Shown here: one piece after another, positions 19,235 through 29,264 of the stretch
How positions within the stretch are numbered: the first letter of the stretch is position 1
How the letters are laid out: every line of letters starts with the position of its first letter
Assembly: GCA_041690135.1 (NCBI GenBank)
Contig: JAWLHY010000003.1
Coordinates: forward strand, 608,001 to 672,000
Length of the DNA: 64,000 nt
Direction: 5' to 3'
Origin: Armatimonadota bacterium
GTDB lineage: Bacteria; Armatimonadota; SYMT01
Notes under the pieces: generated by a model
The model's database searches: none
Told to the model about the DNA's origin: nothing
Seen by the model: the letters and a program-made list of their open reading frames with translations, nothing else
Program-made: the position numbers and the translations under genes

Positions 19235-19583
19235 GAACCGTACCCGCTTCCCCAGCCGTGCAGATCAACGTCCTGGTGGGTCGTTCGCAAGTGCCGGTTA
19301 TCAGTACCCGACCTGTCTCGCGGGCTCCCGTGGGCGTGGCTTCTGGTAACCGGAACGGATCCTGTGCTTGCACCGGCGGAAGTAGAGCGGGTAGCTCCGT
19401 CACCGCCGGGCCCTGACATTGTACCCGTCGTGCCGTGTGGGACGCCGCTAACTCTGGGGCAGGACCCGCACGGCAAATCACCCTGTAACATCCGCTCCTA
19501 TCCCGCAAGGCGGTGGAGCACGTCGTCATGAATCCGAACCGGGTTGAAGATCGATGTCGCCCATCGCCTGGCGGTTCCTATGA
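19229..19583. mobile_element. Candidate MITE (12-bp terminal inverted repeats)
   Basis: TCATAGGAACCG (19229-19240) and CGGTTCCTATGA (19572-19583) flank most of a non-coding gap between convergent genes. Confidence 0.35.
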
Positions 19584-19615
19584 ACTGATGCTCGGACAAC
19601 CTAGCCTTCGGGAGG

Positions 19616-20458
19616 TCAGGGTTCGATGCCCAACTCCCGGAGCTTCGCGGCGAGGCGTTCGGCCCGTTCTCGTTCGGCTTCGGCCCGCTCCCGTTCGGCA
19701 TCGGCCCGCTGGCGCTCGACCTCCGCCCGCTCTCGTTCCAGGCGGGCCTGTTCCGCACCTGCTTCGCCTGGGGTCGGGAGGAGACGGCCGTCGGGATAGG
19801 CCCAGCGGAGCCAGTCCGCCTCGACACCCTGGTAGCTGCCGCGCCATCGGACCAGCGCCAGTCCGAGAGGATGACAGGGCAGGCGCCCTTCCCCATCCGC
19901 TTCCACGGGGAGATATACCCCGTTCTGGAGCTGGAAGCCGGCCAGTTCACCAGACCAGGGATCGTAGTAAAAATAGCCCGGCACGCGCAGCTCGTTCTGG
20001 TAGACCAGCTTCTTCTCCCCGCGGTCGACATCCGCGGTCGTGCGCGACAGCAACTCAATGACGACGTCCGGCACGCGTCCTTCCTGCCACACGACCCAAC
20101 TCTTGCGTTCCCGGTGCGGTACGCCGAGCACCACGAACACGTCCGGACCGCGGAAGTGCCGGTTGCGAAGCTGCTCCTCACTGAAGTAGACGAACATGTT
20201 CCCGCCGACGAAGAAGTCGTCCCGATCCGCCCAGGCGAGCCGCAGCGGTTCCATCAGGAGATGCATCTGCTCGACGTGGCGCCAGCTTTCCATCGGTTCT
20301 CCGTCGCTGTAGGGAAGATCGTCCTCGGTGGGCAGGCGCACCCCTTCCGGCAGGCCGTTCGGTCCCGGCGGAAGATCATCTTCCATCGGCATTCGAATGA
20401 ACTTCGAGCGCTTCGGTGTCTCCGCAGCGGGTTGGGGCGCGGGAATCTCGACAGCCAT
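19616..20458 (-). CDS. Uma2 family (DUF820) endonuclease-like protein with coiled-coil tail
   Basis: YSDGEPMES..H, GPDVFVV, PDVVIELLS, YFYYDP, tail AERERAERLAAKLRELGIEP. Confidence 0.9.
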   Translation of the reverse strand: MAVEIPAPQPAAETPKRSKFIRMPMEDDLPPGPNGLPEGVRLPTEDDLPYSDGEPMESWRHVEQMHLLMEPLRLAWADRDDFFVGGNMFVYFSEEQLRNRHFRGPDVFVVLGVPHRERKSWVVWQEGRVPDVVIELLSRTTADVDRGEKKLVYQNELRVPGYFYYDPWSGELAGFQLQNGVYLPVEADGEGRLPCHPLGLALVRWRGSYQGVEADWLRWAYPDGRLLPTPGEAGAEQARLERERAEVERQRADAERERAEAERERAERLAAKLRELGIEP

Positions 20459-20773
20459 AGTTGGTACTTCGCTTCCGGTGTCGCAGGGAGTCAGCTCCCT
20501 CCTTATTCTACATTCAAGGCCCGTCGTCTGCATGCTACCCGGCGCTTTGAAGGGATACATCAGGTTCTACCCTCACTCGCGATCCCATGCGGTTGCAACC
20601 TGGACCCTTCAACCCGTAACCTTCAACCCCTGGCCCCCGAGGGGGCTTCAACCACCCCCTGCCGCTAAACCGCACCCGCTTCGAGGTTTCTCGGGGGATC
20701 TCAACGGTTTTCCTGCGAACTCCGGCGCCCGGTTGCCGTCAGAGGACAGTGATCTACGGCGACGAGGACTCTG

Positions 20774-22498
20774 ATGAAAGACCCCTGCAACTTCGAATCG
20801 CGGTGCGCCACGGCCCGGCCGGGCCACGAATTGGCCCGGCTGAACCGGCGGACGCTGTTACAGCGGACCGCGACCGGGGTGGCGGGGCTCACCTGCGCCG
20901 ATTTCCTCCGCTTCTTCCTGCAGAACGGGATGCCCTATCCCGGCCGGGACGCGGTAATGGCGGCCGAGGCGTCCCAGGCCGCGCGGGAGCCGCGGTTCCT
21001 GATCTACTGGTACATGGAGGGCGGCTGGGAGTCGTACGACATGTTCAGCCCGGTAATGACCCCCAACCACATCTTCCAGCGGTTGGACGATCTCTCCAAG
21101 GAGCGGTACCGGGTCCTCAACTGGGGCAAACCGGGGTACGGTATCTACAAGCACGGCAACATCCGCTACGGCTACCTGGCGGAAAACGGCAAGCACCACT
21201 TCCCGGAGATGGCGGTGCTCAGCTCCATGCACACCGGCTCGTTCCACTCGGGCGAGCGGCTCATGGTGCACATGGGCAGCTACAACCTGAGGCTCCAGGC
21301 CGACCGGGAGGATGATGAACGCTCCGTGATGCAGGCGTTCTCGGAGGTGTATGGTCAGCCATATGTGCTCCCCAACCTCTCCTGGCACTACTGGCTCTCG
21401 GATGGGGAGCTGAACGAGGTCCAGTACACCGGACGCAAGGGCTACTACCACGCCCTCGGTCCCACGCACGCCCACAGCATCTACGCCGGCACGCCGGCCA
21501 ACCTCAAGCAGTTCCTGGTCCGGATGCGCCAGACCTCGAGCGACCCCGTGAACCGCGAGATCCAGAAGTTCCTGGACGACGCGCACCGGCTCTCGACGAG
21601 CGACCAGCACCTGGAAGCGGTCCGCAGCTACAACTCGGCCCGGCAGATCTACCTCAACCTCACCCAGCGCGGCCTCAAGCTGGATGAAAACATGCTCTCC
21701 CAGCTCTTCACCGACGCCACGCTGCGGGAGCGGTTCGAGATCAAGCCGGACGATGAGCTGCTCACCTACCGGAGCGTGAACGGCAACAAGGCCCGCACCA
21801 AGTTCGCGCCGCGGACCAACGTCCAGGCGATGATGACCTACGAGTTGATGCGCGCCGGCCTGAGCTGCGCCTTCTTCATCGAGACCCGCGACATCCGCAA
21901 GTTCGACAGCCACTTCACCCGCAAGAACCTCTGGGAGGCCGACCGCCGCACCCCGCGTGGCCAGCCGGACCAGACGCAGATGATGAACGAGGATCTCTGG
22001 AAGCCGCTGAACGCGCTGGTCGAGCTGTTGAAGAGTACCCCCTGCCCCGGCACGCCGGGCAAGAGCCTCTACGACGTGACCACCATCGTCCTCACCTCGG
22101 AGTTCGGCCGCACGATCCACGGTGAGGTGGACGCCATCCAGAAGATGAAGATCTCCGACCAGGAGAAGCAGGAGCTGATCGACGGCCAGGATATCTCCCA
22201 GCACTGGAAGGTGACCTCGGCGGCGTTCCTGGGGGGCCGGGTCAAGGGCGACCGCCAGTACGGCGGCATCGGCGAGAACACCCTGATGGCGATTCCGATC
22301 CTGCCCGACGGCAGCATGGATCCCGCCTACGACCCGAACACCGGCGAGCTGAAACCAGGCGCCCGCAAGGACCCGAAGTCGTGGATCCCCAACCACGGCG
22401 ATGTCTACGCGACCGCCCTCTACCTCTCGGATATCGACCCCAAGGGCCGCGGCCGCAACGACCGGGGACCGCTGAAGTTCATCAAGAAGGGCGCCTGA
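20774..22498 (+). CDS. DUF1501-like protein (divergent)
   Basis: Tat-like NRRTLL, YMEGGWESYDMF, FDSH, LTSEFGRT, GGRVKG. Confidence 0.75.
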   Translation: MKDPCNFESRCATARPGHELARLNRRTLLQRTATGVAGLTCADFLRFFLQNGMPYPGRDAVMAAEASQAAREPRFLIYWYMEGGWESYDMFSPVMTPNHIFQRLDDLSKERYRVLNWGKPGYGIYKHGNIRYGYLAENGKHHFPEMAVLSSMHTGSFHSGERLMVHMGSYNLRLQADREDDERSVMQAFSEVYGQPYVLPNLSWHYWLSDGELNEVQYTGRKGYYHALGPTHAHSIYAGTPANLKQFLVRMRQTSSDPVNREIQKFLDDAHRLSTSDQHLEAVRSYNSARQIYLNLTQRGLKLDENMLSQLFTDATLRERFEIKPDDELLTYRSVNGNKARTKFAPRTNVQAMMTYELMRAGLSCAFFIETRDIRKFDSHFTRKNLWEADRRTPRGQPDQTQMMNEDLWKPLNALVELLKSTPCPGTPGKSLYDVTTIVLTSEFGRTIHGEVDAIQKMKISDQEKQELIDGQDISQHWKVTSAAFLGGRVKGDRQYGGIGENTLMAIPILPDGSMDPAYDPNTGELKPGARKDPKSWIPNHGDVYATALYLSDIDPKGRGRNDRGPLKFIKKGA

Positions 22499-22517
22499 GC
22501 GTAGTAGGACATCGAGG

Positions 22518-23891
22518 TCAGGCGAAAATCTCGCGGACCACGCTGCCGTACACATCCGTGAGCCGGAAGTCGCGGCCCCCGTGGCGGAAGGTGAGCTTCG
22601 TGTGGTCGAGGCCCAGCAGGTGGAGGATCGTGGCGTGGAGGTCGTGGATGTGGACCTTCCCCTCCACGGCCTCGTAGCCGTGCTCGTCGGTGGCGCCGTG
22701 GACATGCCCGCCCTTCACGCCCCCGCCGGCCAGCCACATGCAGTAGCCCTTGTTGTTGTGGCCGCGGCCGTCCTGGGTGGGATCTTCCGGGGTGCGGCCG
22801 AACTCGCCGCCCCACACCACCAGGGTATCCTCCAACAGGCCGCGCTGCTCTAGGTCCGCCAGCAGCCCCGCGATGGGACGGTCGATCTGCTGGCAGTTCT
22901 TCGGCATGAGCGTGCTGAGGAAGCCGTGATGGTCCCACTCGGTGTGCGTGATCTCGATAAAGCGGACCCCCGCCTCCGCGAACCGCCGGGCCAGCAGGCA
23001 TTGGCGCCCGAAGAGGTCCGTGGGGCCCTTGTCGATGCCGTAGAGATCGAGGGTGGCGTGCGACTCGCCGCCGAGATCCATCACCTTCGGTAGCTCCGCC
23101 TGCATCCGGAAAGCCAGTTCGTAGGACTGGATCATCCCCTCCACGCGCGGATCGGCAGTCTTCTCCGTCAGGTCACGGTTCATGGCCTGCAGGAGGTCGA
23201 GCTGCCGGCGTTGTCCGGTCTCGGTGATCCTGGGATTGGAGAGGTTGCCGAGCGCCAGGTTTTTGCTGGGCCGGTTCGCGTCGCCCAGGAGCGTGGCGGA
23301 GTACGCGGCGGGCAGGAAAGCGCTGCTGTAGTACCGGAGCCCGCCGAGCGCCGTGAGGGGATTGATGGAGATAAAGCCGGGCAGGCTCCGGTTCTCCGTG
23401 CCTAGGCCGTAAACCGTCCAGGCCCCCATGGAGGGCCGGACGAACTGGAAGCTGCCCGTGTGGAGTTGCTCCAGGGCCTGGGGGTGGTTCTCGTTGTCGG
23501 TGTGCATTCCCCGCAGCACGCACAGCTTGTCCGCGTGGCGGCCGGTTTCCGGGAGGAGCTCGGTGACCTCCAGCCCGCTCTGCCCGTGCCGCTGAAACTT
23601 CCAGCGCGCCCCGAGCAGCTTGCTGTTCTTGTTGCGGCCCGGCTTCCCGTGATCGACGGTAAGCCGCGGCTTCGGGTCAAACGTCTCCATGTGGGACGGC
23701 CCGCCCCGCATGCAAAGGAAGATCACCCGCCGGGCCCGGGCCGGAAAGTGCGGGAGCTTCGGCGCCAGGGGGCTCGGCGTCTCCCGCGCGGCGGCTTCCG
23801 CGGCCAGCCCGGTAAACGCCAGGTAACCGAAACCAGCCGAAGCGGCCTGCAGCAGCCGGCGGCGGGAGAGGGGTGCCTCATGGGAAAGCAT
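22518..23891 (-). CDS. DUF1501 domain protein
   Basis: SRRRLL, MRGGPSHMETFDPKP, WDHH, GGEFGRTP, HDLHATILHLLG. Confidence 0.92.
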   Translation of the reverse strand: MLSHEAPLSRRRLLQAASAGFGYLAFTGLAAEAAARETPSPLAPKLPHFPARARRVIFLCMRGGPSHMETFDPKPRLTVDHGKPGRNKNSKLLGARWKFQRHGQSGLEVTELLPETGRHADKLCVLRGMHTDNENHPQALEQLHTGSFQFVRPSMGAWTVYGLGTENRSLPGFISINPLTALGGLRYYSSAFLPAAYSATLLGDANRPSKNLALGNLSNPRITETGQRRQLDLLQAMNRDLTEKTADPRVEGMIQSYELAFRMQAELPKVMDLGGESHATLDLYGIDKGPTDLFGRQCLLARRFAEAGVRFIEITHTEWDHHGFLSTLMPKNCQQIDRPIAGLLADLEQRGLLEDTLVVWGGEFGRTPEDPTQDGRGHNNKGYCMWLAGGGVKGGHVHGATDEHGYEAVEGKVHIHDLHATILHLLGLDHTKLTFRHGGRDFRLTDVYGSVVREIFA

Positions 23892-23928
23892 GGCGCGTGG
23901 GGGTCCTTTCAGGGTTCACGGGCTACGA

Positions 23929-26814
23929 TCACCGGAGATAGCGGAACTCTCCACTGGCAAACACCGCCTGGCATAAGCTGGTCCAGCGTTCTTTCCGCAG
24001 GTCTTCCGGGGTAGGCGGTATCTTCTGCTTTGGATCGGCCAAGAGCGACTCGGGCGCGTTCAGGTACTCCTGCGCTCGGGCCGTTTCCCCAGCATTGGGG
24101 TCTCGGCTGAAGGCGAGCCGGTAGAGGAGGCGCACGCGGTCGCCGTCGGTCAGCGACGAATCCCCCAACAGCCGCTCCGCCGTGTGCCGGGCCTGGGCAA
24201 TCACCCAGGGGCTGTTCATCAGGTAGAGCGCCTGCGAGGGAACCGTGCTCTCCTCCCGCTGGGCCACCGGGCGCTCCGGCGAGGCGAAGTCGAAGAGGCT
24301 GTAGATCTCCGGCAGCACGCCCCGGATCACCGGCAGGTAGACGCTGCGGTGCGGGTGCTCGATCTGCGGCGGCAGGATCACCGGCTGGAAGGTGCGGTAC
24401 TCGTCCTCCCGGCGCGGGTGGAACCGCGCGAGGAACGGTCGCTCCGGTGGGTTCGGATCGAGTTGACCGCTGACGGCCATGATCGCGTCGCGGAACACCT
24501 CCGCGTCCAGGCGGCGCGGGCTCATCCGCCAGAGATAGATGTTGTCCGGGTCCTTTTCCAGGTTCGCCGGCACCGCGTCCGTCGCCAGGCGATAGGTCCG
24601 GCTCAACACGATCTCCCGGATGAGGCGCTTGAGGGACCAATGATCGACGAAGGAGCTGGCCAGATAATCAAGAAGCTCCGGGTGCGAGGGCGGGGATCCG
24701 GTGACGCCGAAGTCGTCCGGGGTGGAGACAAGGCCGCGGCCGAAGAGGTGGAGCCACACGCGGTTCACGAACACGCGGGCGGTGAGCGGGTTCCGCGGGT
24801 GCGTCAGCCACTCGGCAAGTTGGAGACGGCCGCTGCCTGCGGGATCGGGGCTCGCGGCCCCGGAGAGGGAGATCACCTGCAGGGTGCCGCGGGGCACCTC
24901 GTTGCCGAGATTGGTGGTTTCGCCGCGCACGTGGACCCGGCAGTTCTCGGGCATTGCCCGCTCGCGCACGCCCATCGCCCAGGCCGGCTCCGCGGGTGGG
25001 CTGTCGATCAGGGCGTTCAGTTCATCCTGCAGCTTCTTGATCCGCGCGTCCCAGTCCCGGATCTCCGCTTCCATCTGGACGATGCTCTGCTGGAGCGCCG
25101 CCTGGTCCGCCCCCGGCTTCTGCAACTGGTTCTTCGCGTCGGCCACCCGGCGCACCACCCGGTAGCGGTCGGAGCGTGCGGTGTTGAACGCCAGGTTCTG
25201 GGCCTGCAGCTTCCGGTAGTACTCCCGCGCGGGTTCGGTCAGCCGCTCCGCGTCCGGTCCCAGTGGCTGAAGCTCCGTATGGTGGAAGGCCGTCGCCTTG
25301 ATCCCGCGTGGACCGTACCCGTAGAGCGTTTCCGTGCTCCGCAGGATGCCGGCGAGCGCGTAGTAGTCCTTCGTGGGGATGGGGTCGAACTTGTGGTCGT
25401 GGCAGCGCGCGCAGGCGATCGAAAGGCCGAGGACGGAGCGCCCGATCACGTCGATCTGCTCGTCGATCATGTCCATCCGGAAGACTTCCGGCTTCAACTC
25501 CTCGAACGATTTCGGTCCCATCGCGAGGAACCCGGTCGCGATCCGCTGCTCATCCCGCTGGGAAGGCGAACCTGCAGGCAGGAGGTCGCCGGCGATCTGC
25601 TCCCGGATGAAATGGTCGTACGGCTTGTCCGCGTTGAAGCTGTCGATCACGTAATTCCGGTACCGCCACGCGTGATACCAGAAGATGTTCCTGTCCCGCC
25701 CGTTGCTATCGGCGTAGCGGGCCGCGTCCAGCCAGTGGCGACCCCAGCGCTCGCCAAAGTGCTTCGACCCCAGCAGCCGATCCACCACCCGCTCGTAGGC
25801 GCGGTCCAGGTTCGGAGCCCCGCCACCCCCCGGGTGGTTAAAGTTCCGAGTTCCGCGTTCCGCGTTTCGAGTCGGCGCAGGTCCTGGACCTGGGTTTCCA
25901 GTCCGCGACGGCGGACTTGGGTTAGTCAACCGCGTGGTTTCAACCCGCGGCCCAGCCGGCTTCCGAGTTCCAAGACCACTGCCTTCCGCCTTCTGTCTTC
26001 TGCCTTCTGTTCCTGGTTCGGTCAGCCGCGCGAGCTTGCCCGTATGGGTTTCACCCCGCGGCGCGCATTCCTTGAGGAACTGTTCGACTTCCTCCGGAGT
26101 GGGCGGGATGCCAATCAGGTCGAAGGTGACCCGCCGGATGAGACTGCGAAGATCCGCCTCGCGGACCGGGCGCAGCTTCTGCTGTTCCAGCCGGGCCAGC
26201 ACGAACCGGTCGATGGTGCCGCGGGGCCAGGCCGTATCCCGGACGGCGGGAAGCCGGGGTACGGTAGGGGGCCGGAACGACCAGAACTTCCGGCCCTCTT
26301 CGACGGTCATCCCCTTCTTCACGGCCACCGTGGCGCCGGTGCGCGGGTCCGGTGCGCCCATCTTGATCCACTGCTCGAAGTCGGCGATCACCGGGGCCGG
26401 AAGCTTCCCGGCCGGGGGCATCTTCGGGGCCTTGCCGGCGTGGTGAAGGGTGCGGAGGAGCAGGCTCGCACCGGGTTCGCCCGGCACCAGGCTGGGGCCG
26501 CTCTCACCGCCCTTGAGGAGACCCTCCCGCGTATCGAGGGCCAAGCCCGCCATCAACTGATTTTGCTTCGCCGCCGCGGCGGAGTGGCAGGAATAGCACT
26601 GCTTCACCAGGACCGGACGGATCTTCGTTTCGAAGAAGGCGATCCCCGCCGGATCGGGCTTCTCCGCCGCTCCGGCGGGAGCAGGAGACATTCCCCCTAC
26701 CCATCCCGCTCCAAGAAGGCTGAGGAGCGCGCCACCGAGACGCCGGAATATGCGGGGAGAGCATGCGAGCGGCAACCGGTCTCGCTTCTTCGCTGTTTCT
26801 GAGCGGTCCTTCAT
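23929..26814 (-). CDS. Planctomycete cytochrome c / DUF1549 / DUF1553 (PSD1) protein (start uncertain)
   Basis: FFETKIRPVL..CYSCH, WLDAARYADS, CARCHDHKFDPI, NPLTARVFVNRVW, PSHPELLD. Confidence 0.92.
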   Translation of the reverse strand: MKDRSETAKKRDRLPLACSPRIFRRLGGALLSLLGAGWVGGMSPAPAGAAEKPDPAGIAFFETKIRPVLVKQCYSCHSAAAAKQNQLMAGLALDTREGLLKGGESGPSLVPGEPGASLLLRTLHHAGKAPKMPPAGKLPAPVIADFEQWIKMGAPDPRTGATVAVKKGMTVEEGRKFWSFRPPTVPRLPAVRDTAWPRGTIDRFVLARLEQQKLRPVREADLRSLIRRVTFDLIGIPPTPEEVEQFLKECAPRGETHTGKLARLTEPGTEGRRQKAEGSGLGTRKPAGPRVETTRLTNPSPPSRTGNPGPGPAPTRNAERGTRNFNHPGGGGAPNLDRAYERVVDRLLGSKHFGERWGRHWLDAARYADSNGRDRNIFWYHAWRYRNYVIDSFNADKPYDHFIREQIAGDLLPAGSPSQRDEQRIATGFLAMGPKSFEELKPEVFRMDMIDEQIDVIGRSVLGLSIACARCHDHKFDPIPTKDYYALAGILRSTETLYGYGPRGIKATAFHHTELQPLGPDAERLTEPAREYYRKLQAQNLAFNTARSDRYRVVRRVADAKNQLQKPGADQAALQQSIVQMEAEIRDWDARIKKLQDELNALIDSPPAEPAWAMGVRERAMPENCRVHVRGETTNLGNEVPRGTLQVISLSGAASPDPAGSGRLQLAEWLTHPRNPLTARVFVNRVWLHLFGRGLVSTPDDFGVTGSPPSHPELLDYLASSFVDHWSLKRLIREIVLSRTYRLATDAVPANLEKDPDNIYLWRMSPRRLDAEVFRDAIMAVSGQLDPNPPERPFLARFHPRREDEYRTFQPVILPPQIEHPHRSVYLPVIRGVLPEIYSLFDFASPERPVAQREESTVPSQALYLMNSPWVIAQARHTAERLLGDSSLTDGDRVRLLYRLAFSRDPNAGETARAQEYLNAPESLLADPKQKIPPTPEDLRKERWTSLCQAVFASGEFRYLR

Positions 26815-27107
26815 CCCCAACGCTATCCCCCGGTCGCCGGCATTTCCCACTGCCCTCTGTGACCCCGTGGAACGCTCCAGGTTTCGCGCGCCGATAGGCA
26901 CACTGCGGCAACTCTCTTCCAGCTTTCAGAGAGTGCGGCAGCGATCCCGTGCCGTCTATCACGACCAACGGGCGTGGCCGGTCTCCCAGCCGACGTAGGT
27001 TTACGCCCCGAGGGGGTGCGGGCGCCGGGTACCCACGAAGTGGGTGTGGGCAGTTGCCTCGTGTAGCCGCGAGTTCACTCGCCCAGCCGCACCGTATGCC
27101 TATGGCT

Positions 27108-29000
27108 CTAACGGAAGGTCCACTCCTTGAGGAGCGCATTCCCAGCGCCACGCACGCGGACATACTCGATCCGGATCTCGCCGGGAGCGGTCCCCGGGTC
27201 CAGGCGGAGCGCCGTCAGCGGTCCGGGGACCGGCAGCTCTACGCGGTAGTCGTGCCATTCGCCATCGTGCTTCACCTCGAGACCGACGGATCGGTCGCGG
27301 TGGAAATTGGGGGCGGCCCGGGTTGTCCAGAACACCTGGCCGGGTCCCCGGCTTGCCGACTTCATCCGCAGCTCCACGGTAAACGGTCCGCCCCGGAGGC
27401 TCAGGCCCCGAGCCATGAGGAAGGGATCGTCTCCGGTGGAGCGGACGACGAGCTTCCCGGCGTTGATGGAGAGCAGAACCTGGGCGTTCCCGGACCACCC
27501 GTTCGTCTCCTGCCCATAGGCCGGGTTGGGGATGGGGACCAGCGCGCCGGTCTCCTTCAGGTGGCGGTCGATGAGTGCGTTCAACTCCCGCAACCGCTCC
27601 GGCATCTCCGCGGCGCGGTTGCGCGTCTCGCCGAGATCTTCCGCAAGATGGTAGAGCTCGAAGCGGTCCTCCTGCTTGGGACCGTCCGCGAAGAAGCGGA
27701 TCAACTTCCAATCACCCCGGCGGACCCAGACGGAGGGCAGGTTGCCGGTCGCGGGGGTGTAATGCGGAAAATGGCAGAAGAGGGCCTCCCGTTCCAGCCG
27801 CGGCGCGCCCCGCAGGACCGGCAAGAGGCTGATGCCGTCGAACTGCTGTCCGGGACGAGCGGCGAGGCCCGTGGCTTCCAGCAGGGTGGGGTAGAAATCG
27901 ATACTGGAGACCACCACATCGCTCTGGGTTCCGGGCTTCACCCGGCCGGGCCACGCGACGATCAACGGCGTACGCGTCCCGCCTTCATAGATGGTTGCCT
28001 TGCCGCCCCGCAGCGGATGGTTGCTGGTGGGAGGTCCTCCCTCGACCACGCTGTACATGTTGCCGCCGTTATCGGACGCGAAGACGATCAGGGTATCCGG
28101 TCCGAGCCCCAGTTCCTCGATCGCGTCCAGCAGCTTTCCGACCGCGCCGTCCATCGCCTCGACCATGGCGGCCATCACCGGGTTCCGCTGCGGGTCGCTG
28201 GGATCGATCCGCTGGCGCGAGGCCTCGATCAGGTCCGGCTTGCCCTGGAACGGGGCGTGGACCGAGAAAAGCCAGTAGTTCAGGAAGAAGGGTCGGTCGC
28301 GGTTCTGCCGGAGCCACTGGATCGCTTCCTGGGTCAGGCGGTCGTCGATGTGCTCCCCGGCCGGGCCGTTGGGGAACGCCGGGATCTTATAGGGCGACAG
28401 GTAGCTCGGCGGTCCGGGGTAAGAGCCGCCGGGCCGGTTCCACTCGAACCCCTGGCTCTCGGGCAGGTATGGCTCCCAGCCCAGGTGCCACTTGCCGAAG
28501 TGTGCGGTGCGGTAGCCCCCGTCTTTCAGGGCTTCCGCCAGCGTGTAGTAATCGTGCGGCAGCCGGGTGCAAGTCTGCGGAGTGACCGCCTTCTGATGGG
28601 GCGGAGCCTGGGCCGGCAGCTTCGGGTCCAGCACCTCCTGGCGGAGGTGGCCCGCCGGGGTGGTGAACCGCAGGCGACCGGGATAGAGACCCGTGAGAAT
28701 GCTGGCCCGCGTGGGGGAGCAGAGCGGATTGGCGGCGTAGGCGCTGGTGAAGCGCATCCCCCGCCGGGCCAGCCGCTCCAGGTTGGGGGTCCGGTAATAG
28801 CGGCTGCCGTAGACGGAGGTGTCCATCCAGCCGAGGTCGTCGGCCAGGATGAAGATCACGTTCGGCCGCTTCTTCCCCCGGCCTGTGCCCGCCTCCTGTG
28901 CCCCGGCATCCCGCACGCCGGCCGTCCCCACCACCAGCAGTACGAGGACGAGCCCTAACCCATGAACCAGTCGGGAACGGTTGCTACCAGTGGTGCACAC
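27108..29000 (-). CDS. Sulfatase (FGly-type) with C-terminal CBM-like domain
   Basis: PNVIFILADDLG, CSPTRASILTG, GKWHLG, SDNGG. Confidence 0.92.
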   Translation of the reverse strand: MCTTGSNRSRLVHGLGLVLVLLVVGTAGVRDAGAQEAGTGRGKKRPNVIFILADDLGWMDTSVYGSRYYRTPNLERLARRGMRFTSAYAANPLCSPTRASILTGLYPGRLRFTTPAGHLRQEVLDPKLPAQAPPHQKAVTPQTCTRLPHDYYTLAEALKDGGYRTAHFGKWHLGWEPYLPESQGFEWNRPGGSYPGPPSYLSPYKIPAFPNGPAGEHIDDRLTQEAIQWLRQNRDRPFFLNYWLFSVHAPFQGKPDLIEASRQRIDPSDPQRNPVMAAMVEAMDGAVGKLLDAIEELGLGPDTLIVFASDNGGNMYSVVEGGPPTSNHPLRGGKATIYEGGTRTPLIVAWPGRVKPGTQSDVVVSSIDFYPTLLEATGLAARPGQQFDGISLLPVLRGAPRLEREALFCHFPHYTPATGNLPSVWVRRGDWKLIRFFADGPKQEDRFELYHLAEDLGETRNRAAEMPERLRELNALIDRHLKETGALVPIPNPAYGQETNGWSGNAQVLLSINAGKLVVRSTGDDPFLMARGLSLRGGPFTVELRMKSASRGPGQVFWTTRAAPNFHRDRSVGLEVKHDGEWHDYRVELPVPGPLTALRLDPGTAPGEIRIEYVRVRGAGNALLKEWTFR

Positions 29001-29264
29001 TTTCGACGATCCCTCCGCTATGAACCGGGCAATTCTTTGCCAGAGCAGGACGCCTCCGGATGCTCCGGCCCTTTCCTTCTCTCCCCTTGGCGTCCTTCGC
29101 GTCTTGGCGGTTAGATCGGGTTGCCCAGCTCCGACAACACAAATTCAACCATTTTGGGACCACTCCCCTCCCTTCCGCCCGCGATCGCCCGCAACTTCGA
29201 CCGGTTGAGTACACTCGGAAGTGGGGACGATAAAGCGTAAGGGTTTCAATTCGGGAGGCGGACA

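Noticed and set aside
19616-20458. Uma2 protein as a defence system
   Set aside because: A common multicopy family, solitary here, with no methylase or other defence partner.
25807-26067. Intein or intron in the PSD1 gene
   Set aside because: No intein splicing blocks or terminal His-Asn, no recognisable intron structure, and the sequence is low-complexity.
24184-28958. 872-aa and 669-aa plus-strand ORFs
   Set aside because: Antisense shadows of the PSD1 protein and the sulfatase.
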